Below, in pieces: positions 31,967-45,036 of a stretch of 64,000 nucleotides of DNA. The stretch comes from the human T2T-CHM13v2.0 reference genome, Homo sapiens, in assembly GCF_009914755.1 (NCBI RefSeq), contig NC_060925.1; one strand, given 5' to 3'. A model generated the notes under the pieces. That model did not search any database and had not been told where the DNA came from. It saw only the letters and a list, made by a program, of their open reading frames with translations. Position numbers and translations under genes: made by a program. Numbering within the stretch: the first letter of the stretch is position 1; the number at the start of each line of letters is the position of its first letter.

Positions 31967-32056
31967 GTCTGAATTTTCTTCAGCGTGTAAGAACTAGCCC
32001 TGAAGGCTATGCCCACTTCACCCTTTCTGGAGATTATTATAACCGTGCTCTTTCAG
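31967..32056 (+). CDS. VPS13D: VPS13D exon M, 90 nt, phase 1-1 (RLNFLQRVRTSPEGYAHFTLSGDYYNRALS)
   Basis: tcattgcag acceptor, CAG|gtcagt donor. Confidence 0.94.
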
Positions 32057-32270
32057 GTCAGTATAAAGCATATGTTATCATGGGATTTAAAAAATAAATT
32101 TAAATGTTTGCCTGGACCTATTGCTACGTAAATTTTACATGAAGGAAAGGGCAGGGGTGGGGTGGGACGGGGAAAGATGAAAAGCAAGTAGACTGCATAA
32201 ACACAGAAAATAAGGATTTTCTGTTGTGCTAAAAACATATCTGATATGTTGCAACTAAAAAGATGTTTTT

Positions 32271-32617
<347 letters not shown>

Positions 32618-32705
32618 CTAGAATATGCCATTGCTCAATAGTGAAGGATCATTTATTTCGCCCTGAGAGTAGCTAAATTTCAAGGGAGATTTATGCCCAC
32701 AAGCA

Positions 32706-33005
32706 TTTTTTTGTTTGTTTTTTGAGACCGAGTCTCACTCTGTCACCCAGGCTGGAGTGCAGTGGCACGATCTCGGCTCACTGCAACTTCTGCCTCCAAG
32801 TTCAAGTGATTCCCCTGCCTCAGCCTCCCGAGTAGCTGGGATTACAGGCGCTTGCCACCATGCCCAGCTAATTTTTTGTATTTTTAGTAGAGATGGGGTT
32901 TCACCAGACTGGCCAGGCTGGTCTCGAACTCCTGACCTCAGGTGATCCACCTGCCTCAGCCTCCCAAAGTGGTGGGATTACAGGCGTGAGCCACTGCGCC
33001 CAGCC
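32706..33005 (-). mobile_element. Alu
   Basis: antisense dimer, aagcatttt TSD. Confidence 0.94.
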
Positions 33006-33586
33006 AAGCATTTTAAACCTCAAGTCCCTTCACTCCCCACTGGGTTTGTTTGTTTTATTAGAATCTACTGAGTCAGTGACACTATATATTCTGCCCTACC
33101 TGCTCCCTAGAAAAAACAAAAACAAACAAACGAAAAACCACTGCTGATCAGAGCAGGCTATTTTTTGGGAGACGTAAACCTCAATAATATCGCAAGCATT
33201 TTCAGGTTTCTTTCTTCCCATTTGAAAGACCAAGGTAAGAGCCTATACATACAGGTTGAAATTCAGAAGCCATAATATATTAGGGCCAAGTGGTTTGAGC
33301 AGTGAACTTTGCCTTAAGAGAGCTGAAAGAAGGTCTCATCGGAATTGGTAGTAGGCATGGACAGAATAATCAGAGTAGTGCTGGGCAGTCCAAGGTGTAA
33401 ACCTCCGACGGCCTGCTCCCTTTAATTTCAGTAAGAAATTAAACCTCGATTTGTTGTGCTGCTGCTGAGTGTTCTAGAGTATTTATCACATTTAATTTTA
33501 TGTTAGTTAACATTTTCCCTGTGTACCAGACTCACTTAAAGCTAACACCCTTATTTCTTCATTGTTCAAAATGTTTCACTTTAGAA

Positions 33587-33998
<412 letters not shown>

Positions 33999-34139
33999 TC
34001 ACTAAATGTCAAATGGTGTAAGGAGTCTAATGTATCTACTGTGTGTTACATACTGATTTGGATTTGTTCAGTGGCTGATTGTGTGAGTCTATTTAAAGAT
34101 CTGTTAAAAATTAATTGGCTTTGAAAAGTTGAGTCTTTT

Positions 34140-34925
34140 AAGTCACAGTGATGTACCATTTTTCACACCCAAGAGATTAGCAAAAATTAAGTGGGACACT
34201 ACTAATTATTGGAACATATAAGCCATAGTACTTGCTATTAGAACTATACATTACTACCACTACTGTGTAAAACAATTTGGCATGACCTGGTAAATTTGAG
34301 TGTAAGCATACTCAACAACCCCGCAATGTGTTGCTTCTAGGTCTGTACCGTAGAGACTGTCTTGCCTGTGTGAACTACAGATGTATATAAGGCTGCTTAT
34401 AGTATAGTATTCCAATAGCAATAAAACTGGAATCAAGTGAATGTCTTTCAGAAGTAGAATGGATAAATAAATTGTATATTCATTATAATGCATGTTAATA
34501 TTCAGTAGTGAAAACAATGTACCACGGTGACCTGCGTCAATGTGATGTAGCAGTATGCTCAACAGTATGCTCAAAGACATATTGGTGAACAAGAATAGAA
34601 ACTTGAAAAAGAATGCGCATGGGGATTCCATTTATGTAAAGATCACAAGCAGGACAGTCTAAATGTTCTTAAGAAAGGTATATATGCTTGGTAAAATTAT
34701 AAAGAAGAGCAAGGAAATGATTAACTAAAAATTCAAGTGAATGGTCACCTGGAGTTGGGTGGGAGAGGGTTGGTGGGAAGGAGGGGAATGAGATGGTAGG
34801 GAATGGCCCTTGGGAACTTGTAATTTTCTATTTCTTAAGTTGAATAGTGAGTACACGAGTGTTAGTGGTATTATTTTATATGTTGTTTATATAGTTTTTG
34901 TGCATATTTTAAGAAAAAGAAAAAG
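34140..34925 (+). mobile_element. Old L1 (L1ME-type) 3' end
   Basis: agaatggataaataaattgtatattcat..., gattccatttatgtaaag motifs. Confidence 0.7.
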
Positions 34926-35364
34926 TGAGCCTTCATATGTACCTATTTATTCAACCAATGTATTGGTCCTGTAACCAGGAGAATCAAATTTAATAGCTAT
35001 TTAAGACACTTTATTATTTTTCCAATCTTAGTCTGAGACTCCTTTTTCCATCTTGAGTGTCTCAACACATCCCACCTGTTCTTTAGTGGAAGAGGGCACA
35101 TACACTGCCTGCCCTCCTTCCTGCCACCTCTGGAAGACCATCGTGGGGGTACATATATGCCTTTCCACTTGTGTCTTCTGGACAACGCAGACATCTGTAG
35201 GGTGACCTGTAGCTAAAGGTGGTTGGTGCTTTTGTTGTGAAATTGAATTGGAAGTAGAAAGCTATTAAGCTCGAGTTTGTCCTTGCTGAACATTTGCGAG
35301 CAGTGTTCCCCTATAAACTCTTGATATCTGCTGAACAGATGTCTTATTTCCTGTGTTCTTTTAG

Positions 35365-35505
35365 GCTGGGAGCCATTTATTGAGCCTTGGCCATGCTCTG
35401 TATCCTGGCAACAGCAGGCAGCTAGTCGTCTCCATCCTCCTCGACTGAAGCTAGAAGCCAAGGCCAAACCTCGTTTGGATATCAATATCACTTCTGTGCT
35501 AATTG
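35365..35505 (+). CDS. VPS13D: VPS13D exon N, 141 nt, phase 1-1 (GWEPFIEPWPCSVSWQQ...LDINITSVLI)
   Basis: ttcttttag acceptor, TTG|gtgagt donor; conserved VPS13 WEPxIEPW motif. Confidence 0.95.
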
Positions 35506-36623
35506 GTGAGTAGAAAGTTGTCTTTCATAGACTGATACCTTTCCGTACCTAAGTTCTGAGTCTGGAAGACTATTAATCCTGGTTTAGCAAATACCTGGGC
35601 CTGTACCAGGCATCACTTCTTCATCCTGACTGCTTTCCTGATCAACCCTAATAGCCTCTTGATTCTCAACCTGTTTCTCCACCGTTGGCATCCCATAATG
35701 ATGCTATCAGTGGTTAAGCAAGAACTTAGATTACTTAGGAAACGTAAATGGCCGTGATGGACTTTCTCCTCATAATGCTTGGTCACTAGAGTTTATTAAA
35801 TGTCCTGGAAGTGAGTTTAGATTAACTTTGCTCAAGCTATTCACGGACTAATTCTTAAAAGGTGTGATTTTGACCATATCTTTATAGTAGAATAAGTTGC
35901 CTTTGTTGTTTCCCATTATCATTTTGACCTAACTCTGAAAATGACTTGCTTAAGGGTTGCCAGGTTAGTGGTGTGTTATCTAAAAGTATCTTTGGCAACA
36001 CTGAAATGTACATCTCTGGATTCAATGTCATGAATAAAAACTGCTCTATTGTTACAGTTCTGCCATCTAAAAGGAAAGCAATATAATCATACAATCAAGT
36101 AGTGTGTACCTTCACTGTGAAAACTCACATTCATTGTTTGATTTATTGATCTACTTGATCTGATTTTGGAATTACTATACTTTATCTTTGAGCGATAACA
36201 CATACTATTGCAAATTGTGAACTTCCTTTGGTGTGTATGTTGGATTGAGGCTGTTAGAATATCCACTTCCTTACGCATGTCAGAGTTGGATGGAAAGAAT
36301 GTATTGTGAAATGAGACCATAAGTTTGTTGACCCCCCAAATTTAAAACCACTGTTTATATGATCAGATTTCATCCACTAATTTGCCTAGTTGTTAATATC
36401 ACCTAGATAATAGTAAGTTGACCCTGTGATTTCTCTAAACTGTATTGTTTTGACTCCTACATTGTTTCTCACAACATCTCTTACTCACAACATCTCTTAC
36501 TCTAGAAGGTTAGAGAAAGTTTGTGGTAGTCTTTTGAAAAGCTGCAGTAAACAAGAGCTTACCTAAAGGTTCTTATTGGTGTTTCTGATGAGTACAGTAT
36601 ATGTCTCTTTAAGAATATCTTCT

Positions 36624-36926
36624 GGCCGTGCACATTGGCTCATGCCTGTTAACCCAGTTCTTCGAGAAGCCAAGATGGGAAGCTCATTTGAGGCCAGAAG
36701 TTCCAGACCAGCCTAGGCAAAATTGTGAGACCTTGTCTCTACAAAAATAAACAATTAGCTGGGCATAGTGGCGTGTGCCTGTAGTCCCAGCTACTCAGGA
36801 GGCTGAGGTGGAAGGATTACTTGAGTGCAGGAGTTCAAAGTTACAGTGAGCTATGATTGTGCCCGTGTACTCCAGCCTTGGAGACAGAGCAAGACCCTGT
36901 CTCTAAGAAACCAACCAAACAAAAAA
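36624..36926 (+). mobile_element. Alu (AluJ-like)
   Basis: diverged sense dimer. Confidence 0.9.
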
Positions 36927-37197
36927 TCTTCCAAAAGGCATTCTCGTCAGTGGTAAAATTTGTTTTGTTTTTTTCACCTTCAATTCCTTGTTCCGAATAC
37001 TATACTGAAACCCAGAAACGTAGCTATGACCTCTTGTGTTTAAATAAATATTACTTCTGTAGCCAAGTGTTCTAATTGAAAACCAGAAACCAATAATTCT
37101 TCTTCCAAAAAGTATAACATCTTAATTAGTATAAAAGATCTTCATCTAGGTGTGGTGCACTGTAATTGTTTTTGTTAACCTGCTATCCCCATTGTAA

Positions 37198-37505
<308 letters not shown>

Positions 37506-37843
37506 TCCATATAAATTTTAGATTCAGCTTTTAAAATTCCACAAAATGCCCTATGGGTATTTTGATGGGGATTTTATTGAATCTATAGATTGGTTTGAAG
37601 AGAATCCACATCTTTAATGTCTTTCACATTATGATAGAGTTTTGTGGCGATGGTTGTCTATTCATGGTAATCTCTTTCAGTGGAGCGTGAGGCTCTCCAG
37701 GGCATAGACTTTCTCGGAATCTAGCACAGGCCAGGCATGTAATGAGACACTCAATAAAAGCTTGTTTTGCTGAATTGAAATTATTTGACTCGAACCCTCC
37801 ATCTTTTTTAGTTCTCTTAATATCTCTGGGGGATTCTTTCTAG

Positions 37844-37966
37844 ACCAGTATGTAAGTACCAAGGAATCGTGGATGGCAGATTACTGTAAAGATGACAAGG
37901 ACATAGAGTCAGCTAAATCAGAAGACTGGATGGGCTCTTCGGTGGATCCTCCATGTTTTGGACAAA
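37844..37966 (+). CDS. VPS13D: VPS13D exon O, 123 nt, phase 1-1 (DQYVSTKESWMADYCK...PPCFGQ)
   Basis: ttctttctag acceptor, AAA|gtaaga donor, open frame. Confidence 0.92.
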
Positions 37967-40368
37967 GTAAGAGTTTTCACTACATGTGTTTAACTAAATC
38001 ACTTTTGACCTACAAAGCAATGCTTCACTGAGAAATTCAAATGGAACCATCATTCTGCGTGGAAAAACCTACAGGAAATTCTGACTATCTTCTGTAGTTC
38101 TGTTTTAGTCTTTGCAGGAGACAGTTTTCTGGCATGAACTACTGAACTTATAAATGTGGGCTGTAATTCCACCTTTGCGGGGGAGAAAAGATCTGCAACA
38201 CGTAATTCCTAAATCCTGGTAATAATGCATATGAACTGGTGCACCTGAGAATGCATCAGGATCAGCTGTGGTTTGTGTTTTACTCTGCAAAACATTGGTT
38301 TTCTAATTGATCGGATTTTTTTGGCCAGATTTTTAAAAGCATCTAAAATGGTCTTCTAAATCTAGAGATAGAGGGTTTGGACATATTCTTGAAAAGAGGG
38401 CGAGCAGGAGCCCATGTGGAAAAAGTTGTTAAAAAGGGAGCCCTGTGCTGTTCATAGAGTATAAAAGAATTGAATGCCCTGCCTCTTGAAGAAAGAGGAG
38501 TCAGCTTGCTCTCTATTGATGATGCTTTCTTTCCTTATTTAATGCCTCGCCAGCTCTGTTTTCCTCAGAGCTGGGGAGATGGTGATGGACAACTGCATGG
38601 TCTTAGTTGTTCCACAAGCCATTGTCATCCAAATTCAACTCAGCTCCAACTCTTACAATGTGGTTTCTTTGGGGAGTCTTGGCTGGACTTCACATAGCTC
38701 ATGAATACTTAAATATTCCATCTGGTCTGCAAACGTGTCATGGGAAGATTGGGTGTTCTTAGTGTGTGAAGTAATTGTACTGGTTCATCTCTCCTCAGGG
38801 TGAATAAGTGGACTTTCTGTCTGCCTTGTACTTCTAGAAAGAGACACAAAGAAATGTCAGCTGTGCTTGTTCTCTGTTTTCCCAGGCTGTTGCTTCTGAG
38901 TCTCAAGGTCATTACTTAGGAGCCAGGGCTTTTCAGATATTGTCAGCTTTGATTTTAGCTCCTCCTCCAACCTTCCCAATTTGTGTGTCAAGAAAATGTA
39001 ACATAGTCTACCCAGAAGACTCTAAATAATCTTTGTAATATGTCCAAGAGAGTGTGTTTCTAAAACATTATTCATGCAGGGGCATCTTCAATTCAGAGTC
39101 AAACTCTAGCAAGGCCTGGTCTGCAAGATTCTGATGAAAGATTTTCTTGTCCCTCTCTTTCTTCTTTCCTTCTTCCCTCCCTGCCTCCCTTTCTTCCTTC
39201 CTTTTTAAAATTTTTGTCCCTCTCTCTTTCTCTATAGTTAAAAGGCTTCCTCATCTATATTAAATGCTGGTGCTGAGTTAAAGCTTGATTTTTATTTATT
39301 TAAAGATTTTTATGATTACTTAGGCTTATAAAAGTGTAATCTATCTTTTTAATAAGACATAACTTGAATATGCATAAATTTCCAAACCTCTTTTCTTATT
39401 GGAAATTCCTGGATGGTAGTACAGTACATTCCAGGATTGTATTCTTTTAGCAGGCCTACTAAAATGATCATTGGGAATTTATTTTGAAAGTGAGTAGGGT
39501 TCAACCTTGTTGAACTAATCATAAACTTTCAGGTCTTATTCAAGAATAGTAAGTCATATTCCTACAAAAGTTATGCTTTTTATTCAGACTGGCCTTAAAA
39601 CAAGCTCTTGGGAATAGCCCTTAACATGAAATTTAGCCTAAGGGACCTGCTGCTTTCTCACTGTTTCTTTATCAGGGGAAAGAAAATACCAGCCTCCTTT
39701 TGACAAAATTGTTGGCTTTGTTCAGTCAGGGCTGAGATTTTGCAGGTAAACCTGGGCGGTGTGGCACTTCATTGAATTTATTAGTTTTGTATTCCAAGGA
39801 CATTTTATGAAAATATCAAATATTCTGAAAACTTCCATGCTTGATTTAGAATTTAAATAAACACTATGAGACAACTCCTTGGTAGAGATTGTTTAAATTT
39901 GGAACACATACTGACTCTTCCCCTGAATTTTTGAGATCCCCTGAGACTGGCATTTTACTTCTGTGTTTTACCAGTTGGAATGGAGCAACCTTCACTAAAA
40001 TCTGTACTGATGGATTTTTGTAACTTTTTAATGCCATTTAAGAACATAACACCTTTAAATTAAAAATCTTCAAAAGGCTCGTCATTCTGTTCAAGAGAAG
40101 GTTCAATACATATTCTTCTAATTCAGGAAAAAAAAAAAAAAGCATGTTACTTTGATCCAGCCTCCACAATAAAAACTAGCATAAAAATGTGTTCACTTTG
40201 TCAAGTACATTCGTAGTGCTTAGTAATCACTGATGGGAATGACTCTGTACTTGCATGATGCTTGCTATTTTTGTAATGTTCTCTATTTGTGCTTATCGTT
40301 TGGAAGCAAGTCTTCTTATTTCACTGTATTTATTCTTAGCCTCTAACTTTGTCTCTCCTGTCTACCAG

Positions 40369-40443
40369 GCCTCCCCCTTGTCTACCTTAGAACTAGGAGT
40401 ACAGCCAGTCTGACTAACCTAGAGCACCAGATCTATGCTAGAG
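40369..40443 (+). CDS. VPS13D: VPS13D exon P, 75-nt cassette exon, phase 1-1 (SLPLVYLRTRSTASLTNLEHQIYAR)
   Basis: ctctaac branch point, pyrimidine tract + cag, GAG|gtacag donor; 25 aa matches the recalled difference between the long and short reference isoforms. Confidence 0.88.
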
Positions 40444-42574
40444 GTACAGTATAGCCAAGCGAGGGCTTGCTTTATTTTCCTGTTTTAAGAACTTCCTTGT
40501 ACATCAATTTTTTTTTTAATGAGTGGGAGTTGAATTGGGGGTATTCCATGTCGTGAGTACTTTAGTAATAGGAAAGAACATTTCCAACTGATGAACAGAG
40601 TGGTGCATATTATCAGCTGATTCTTATATTGTTTCCCTTCCATCTCCCTTAACTTTGGTGGAAATGGAATAAACTCCACAGTGTATGATGCAGAAATATG
40701 TTAATACAATGTCAGTTAGAGGTGATTTCTCATATTGAAGAGCAAGTGGATTGAGGAGCACCATGCTTCATCAAGCAGTGGTGCCACAAGTCTTAAGTTT
40801 ATAAAATACCCACTGAAAATTCTCATGGGAAGGCATGGGGCTCTGCAACAGGCACTATAATAATAGGGATAGCGGAAAAAAAATTCTCAGTAAATAATTG
40901 CTTAGACACAAACCTTAATTTCTTTGGATGTCAGTTTTTGTGTTTAGGAGATAAAAAAGAAAATTTTCTTTATTTCTATCTCTGATCTTTGAAAGTTTCT
41001 TGAGAAATTCACTGGTAAGTGAATGTGGTAGAAAACACCATAATCATTGAGGAATTGGAGTCCCAAGATGTTCAGTTTTTGTTTTAGGGAGTGCAGTTTA
41101 ATCTGAATGATTTATGTGTGTACATGGCAAATTCCAGATTATTCGTCATGATTTTTTTAAATAGAAAGAGACCACAGGAACTCCCTCTACCAGGAATATA
41201 GAACAGGGATGTTAATACTCAGGGTACATTGCCCTGGGTTTTTTTTTTCTGGACAATTTTACCAGGGTGGATGTTTGAGGGAGGGCTCACAAAGAAAGCC
41301 CAGAGCTGAATCTTAATTTATTTGTGTATTCCTGCTTCTAAGCTTTCTATATGTTACTTAATCTTTCAGGCTTAGCCAAGCATTATTCCTATTTAGCTGA
41401 TAAGGACAGTGAGGTTCAGAGACACTAGGTGATTTGCCTTTATTCACTTGACCTCCTAGTAGCAAACCTAGTATTTTAACCTGCTTCTTATGATTTACAA
41501 ACCAGGTCCTTTCTGATGGACTGAGCTGCTTACATAGCATGACAACCTACACTGTTTATAATGGCAAAATTACTGTGTGAAACAAGTCCGAAGGGGTAGA
41601 AATTTCCTTAGCTGGAGCTGTTTGAAGCTGAACTTGGATACGGGTAGCTTTAGACTCTCTCTCAGCCCATGAAGAAATTGGGTTTGGTCACTAGGGGCAG
41701 ATTTTCTGAGGCCATTAGGGAATAATGTTCTCTTTGATGGACTTGGGAACTTTTGTCTCTGGTGCTGTGCCAAAGGCAAGTACATAGTTTATTTGGACCC
41801 TGGTGCAGAAGATGTCAGATTTGTTGCCTGATGTTGGGCTTGGATTTGCGTGCATGCTGTGTATTTTTATCCTCAGAGAAATGGGTTATTGAAGCCTGTG
41901 CCATTATGTCTCATCAATGCAAGAAGCTTGGAGACCTAAGCATTGTGCCTACCCATGCTATTTAACTCCAAAGCAGTATACTTGTGAATATATTTGTATG
42001 GATTCGCAGCACTTTATTCTGTATAACAAACTGATCAAAGCCATCTGCCACCTGTTCTTTTTAAATCTAATTTGCAAATGGAAACTTACAGTCTGGCTCA
42101 CAGTGGGATATGAAAGCACATCTGGCTTCTTTTTCTCCTGGGCCCTTTATCTACTGTAATAAAAGCAGCTCTCTCATTGCACTCATAGAAGAGGGAGGTG
42201 CCTTTCAAAGTGCCACAGTAAATACCGTTTACCCTGCAGACAGCTCTTAAATTTTTTACTCCCCCTCTGCTCTTGTCAGCAGCCTTACAGCTACTCCTTA
42301 ATTTTCTACTTGATGAGCACTAATTTTTTTTTTTAAAGCAAACTTTGGGAGCTAAGTAAGGCCATTGGGGTGAGAAATGGGCATATTCCTAGTGGAGATT
42401 ATCTTTAGATGTATTTGGGGTATCTCTAAATGACTGACCACAAAATTGTGGGAATACCCTGGAGACTGCTCATTTGTTTAGCAGATTACTATATCTTAGA
42501 CTCCCCTGAACCATCGTTGTTATCAAAATAGAACTTGCCTTGACCCAAAATTGCTTGGTTTGCATTGTTTACAG

Positions 42575-42601
42575 TACTAACCTTTCAAAACTTTAAAAGA
42601 G
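42575..42601 (+). CDS. VPS13D: Candidate 27-nt in-frame microexon, phase 1-1 (V/I-LTFQNFKR)
   Basis: ccttgac branch point, about 41-nt AG-free zone with two TGC motifs, tttacag acceptor, GAG|gtaaga donor, no stop in phase. Confidence 0.55.
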
Positions 42602-43917
42602 GTAAGAGAAAAAAGGGAGTGATTGCTTTTTAAAAGGCAGTGACAATTACCGACTGTTATGATACAGTCCCAGCCTCAGTCTGGAGGTTGCAGAAGGCAG
42701 GACATGTTGCAGTTTGTCTTCTCGATTTTGTTGACAGAAGATGTCCTGTAGGATGAATTCAGTTTTGCCTTAGTGTTCTCTGCAGTTAGCATTTGCAGCT
42801 TCCTGTAGATGTCATTTTCTCCCAGCTGCAGAGCATGTGGGTCATGGTCTTTCTCACGCTGTCTTCCTACTTTAATGCTAGACACATAAGAAGATTGAGC
42901 CACACCTCCCTTTTTTTTGTTGGTTGTGTACGTGTGTTGTGAACATGTCAACCAGGAGGCTTTCTCACACTGGTTTGCTGCTGCTGCCTCCCTATTTGTG
43001 TGGCCAGTGGAGGAGACAGGTCCTTGGTTAGAGGAGCTGCTGCCCTTCCTTTCAGTACTCTGTGTTCCATGTGGAACCACATAGCATGGGCAGTGGTACC
43101 TGCAGAGGGATCTGTCTGCCAAAGCAGCTGGGGCACCAGAAAGCCTGCTTTGGGTTTCTTACAATGTTTATAGTCAGGTCACCGCTCTTTAGAATTTGGT
43201 TACTTACAGTTTTGTATTGATTGTTGTTTCTTTCCACATTCCCTGATTAGAAGCTTTTTGTGCAATGAAGCCATATTTTATGTTCCTTTTATGGCTTCCA
43301 TGGTACCCACCTTATAATAGATGGTGGTGGTATCTATGTTTAAAAAATGGGCTAACAATTTTGTTTGAAAAGCTTTGAGATGGTCTACTTCTGCCTTTCC
43401 AGGGAGACAAAAACAACTATTAGTATAAAAGAATAGGAAAGAATGTTTTTATTTTATTTTGTTACAAAATGCATACTATGACTGTAGGGTAACTTATGTA
43501 AAGGGAGACTTCCTTAAGGTAAAGGCTTTTTGGACAAAGTTTAAATAAGTACATATGATATATCTTGCTACATTTTAGGTTACCCACTTAGAATATAGTT
43601 CTTGGCAGCACTGGGGAGGTCCATTTTTATTTCTTTCGTGATTCCCACCAAGTTAGGTCCTGATGCCTTCTTCTGAGAGATAAGGCCTGTAAGAGTTGTG
43701 GAAGAATTGGGGGCTGGGAATAGTCAGGCAGGGACCAAATTCTCCCATAGCAGCCAGCAAATACGTGGAGCTTCCATTTGTCCTGTTCCTTCTTTCTTGC
43801 TTCCACCTTCAGCCCCTTTGCACAAGAGACAAATTTGGGCACTGTCTCCAGGTTGGGGGAGGGTCTCTGCCATGCAGATAGGGGCGTCTGCTCATAGCCT
43901 TCTTCTGTTTGTCGTAG

Positions 43918-44023
43918 CAGAGGTGAAAACCCCCAAGCGCCGGCAGCCCTTTGTCCCCTTTGCTCTGAGGAACCACACGGGGTGCACTTTGTGGTTTGCC
44001 ACCCTGACCACCACACCCACCAG
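43918..44023 (+). CDS. VPS13D: VPS13D exon Q, 106 nt, phase 1-2 (AEVKTPKRRQPFVPFALRNHTGCTLWFATLTTTPTR), start of VAB
   Basis: gtcgtag(cag) tandem acceptor, CAG|gtaagc donor. Confidence 0.93.
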
Positions 44024-45036
44024 GTAAGCAGTCAGTTTATATTACCCCGAGTCATCTCTGCCACCAAAGCCTTCTTGTGCCAGCCCAGTAGAGCAAGGTG
44101 GGCCCCCTCTTGAGGCTCTTGGGATGATATTTGAATGAATAACTTGCTGTCTTGCTGAGATTTATGATGGAGGTTCTGGTTTTGTAGAGAATCTATAGTC
44201 AGAGAAGCAGGTCCTGAGTCTAATTATGATCTTGTTTTTGGTATACCTTATGTTTAAAAGCCAAGCAAATTAAGGATGTGAGCAGGAAGTATGAAAAAGC
44301 CATTCCATCTTTTCTCCTCGATCTCTACCTTCTTTCCCATTTTAAAGAGCTATGTGTGGTTATCACACCAAATGTTTTGCCATTTTATTCCAAGATTGCT
44401 TTGAAAACATCCCCATTCTCCCTCTATCCCTAAAGAATTCTTTCATACCTAAAACGCACTTCAACCCAGATGGAATTGGGTGGAGTTTGGAGAACAAAGG
44501 AGACTTTACCTAAGCCAGGCGAGAACCTTTTCTAACAACTTTCTGCCTGTTTAGATCTTGGCTCAGCCTTCCAAGTACATGGTGGTCGTTCCAGCTGAGG
44601 TCATGAAGTGCATGGCATGAGTAACAGAATCCATTGATTTGAAATCACATTTCTCCGACCTCCCCCAAGTATGAGACTGCTCTAGAAGAGAAGCTTTTTT
44701 GTTTTAACAGTGTAGGTCTGTTAAATTCCAACTAATCACTTAAATGCCACTTGAAAAAGTCATGCCTTAATTCACATGTACCAGATTCTACTGCCTGAGG
44801 TAAGTGGCTACAGAGTGACAGCTTTCAGCTGTTTCTAAAATGTCAAATAAGTTGTGATTCAGCACGAAGATAGCTATAGTTAGCGACCCTCAAGGTCATT
44901 CTTTGTAGCTAGGTCATGCAGCCTTTTATTGCTGGGAATTGAGTTGTGAGAAGGTTCTGCTCTTCTGCACGGGGCTCCTGTGAGAGGGAGCTGGGAAGAA
45001 ACAGGGACAGGCTGATGTCATCTGATTTGGTTCCAG

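Noticed and set aside
37849-37857. Exonic TAT|GTAAGT (also AAT|GTAAGT at 14003) cryptic donors
   Set aside because: Use would shift the frame, and the motifs are explained by Val-Ser codons; no supporting evidence
38886-38907. 22-nt exon-like segment after a good acceptor
   Set aside because: Donor AAG|gtcatt is poor
42676-44016. Minus-strand ORFs of 148 and 129 aa
   Set aside because: No recognisable domain, splice structure or promoter; length compatible with chance
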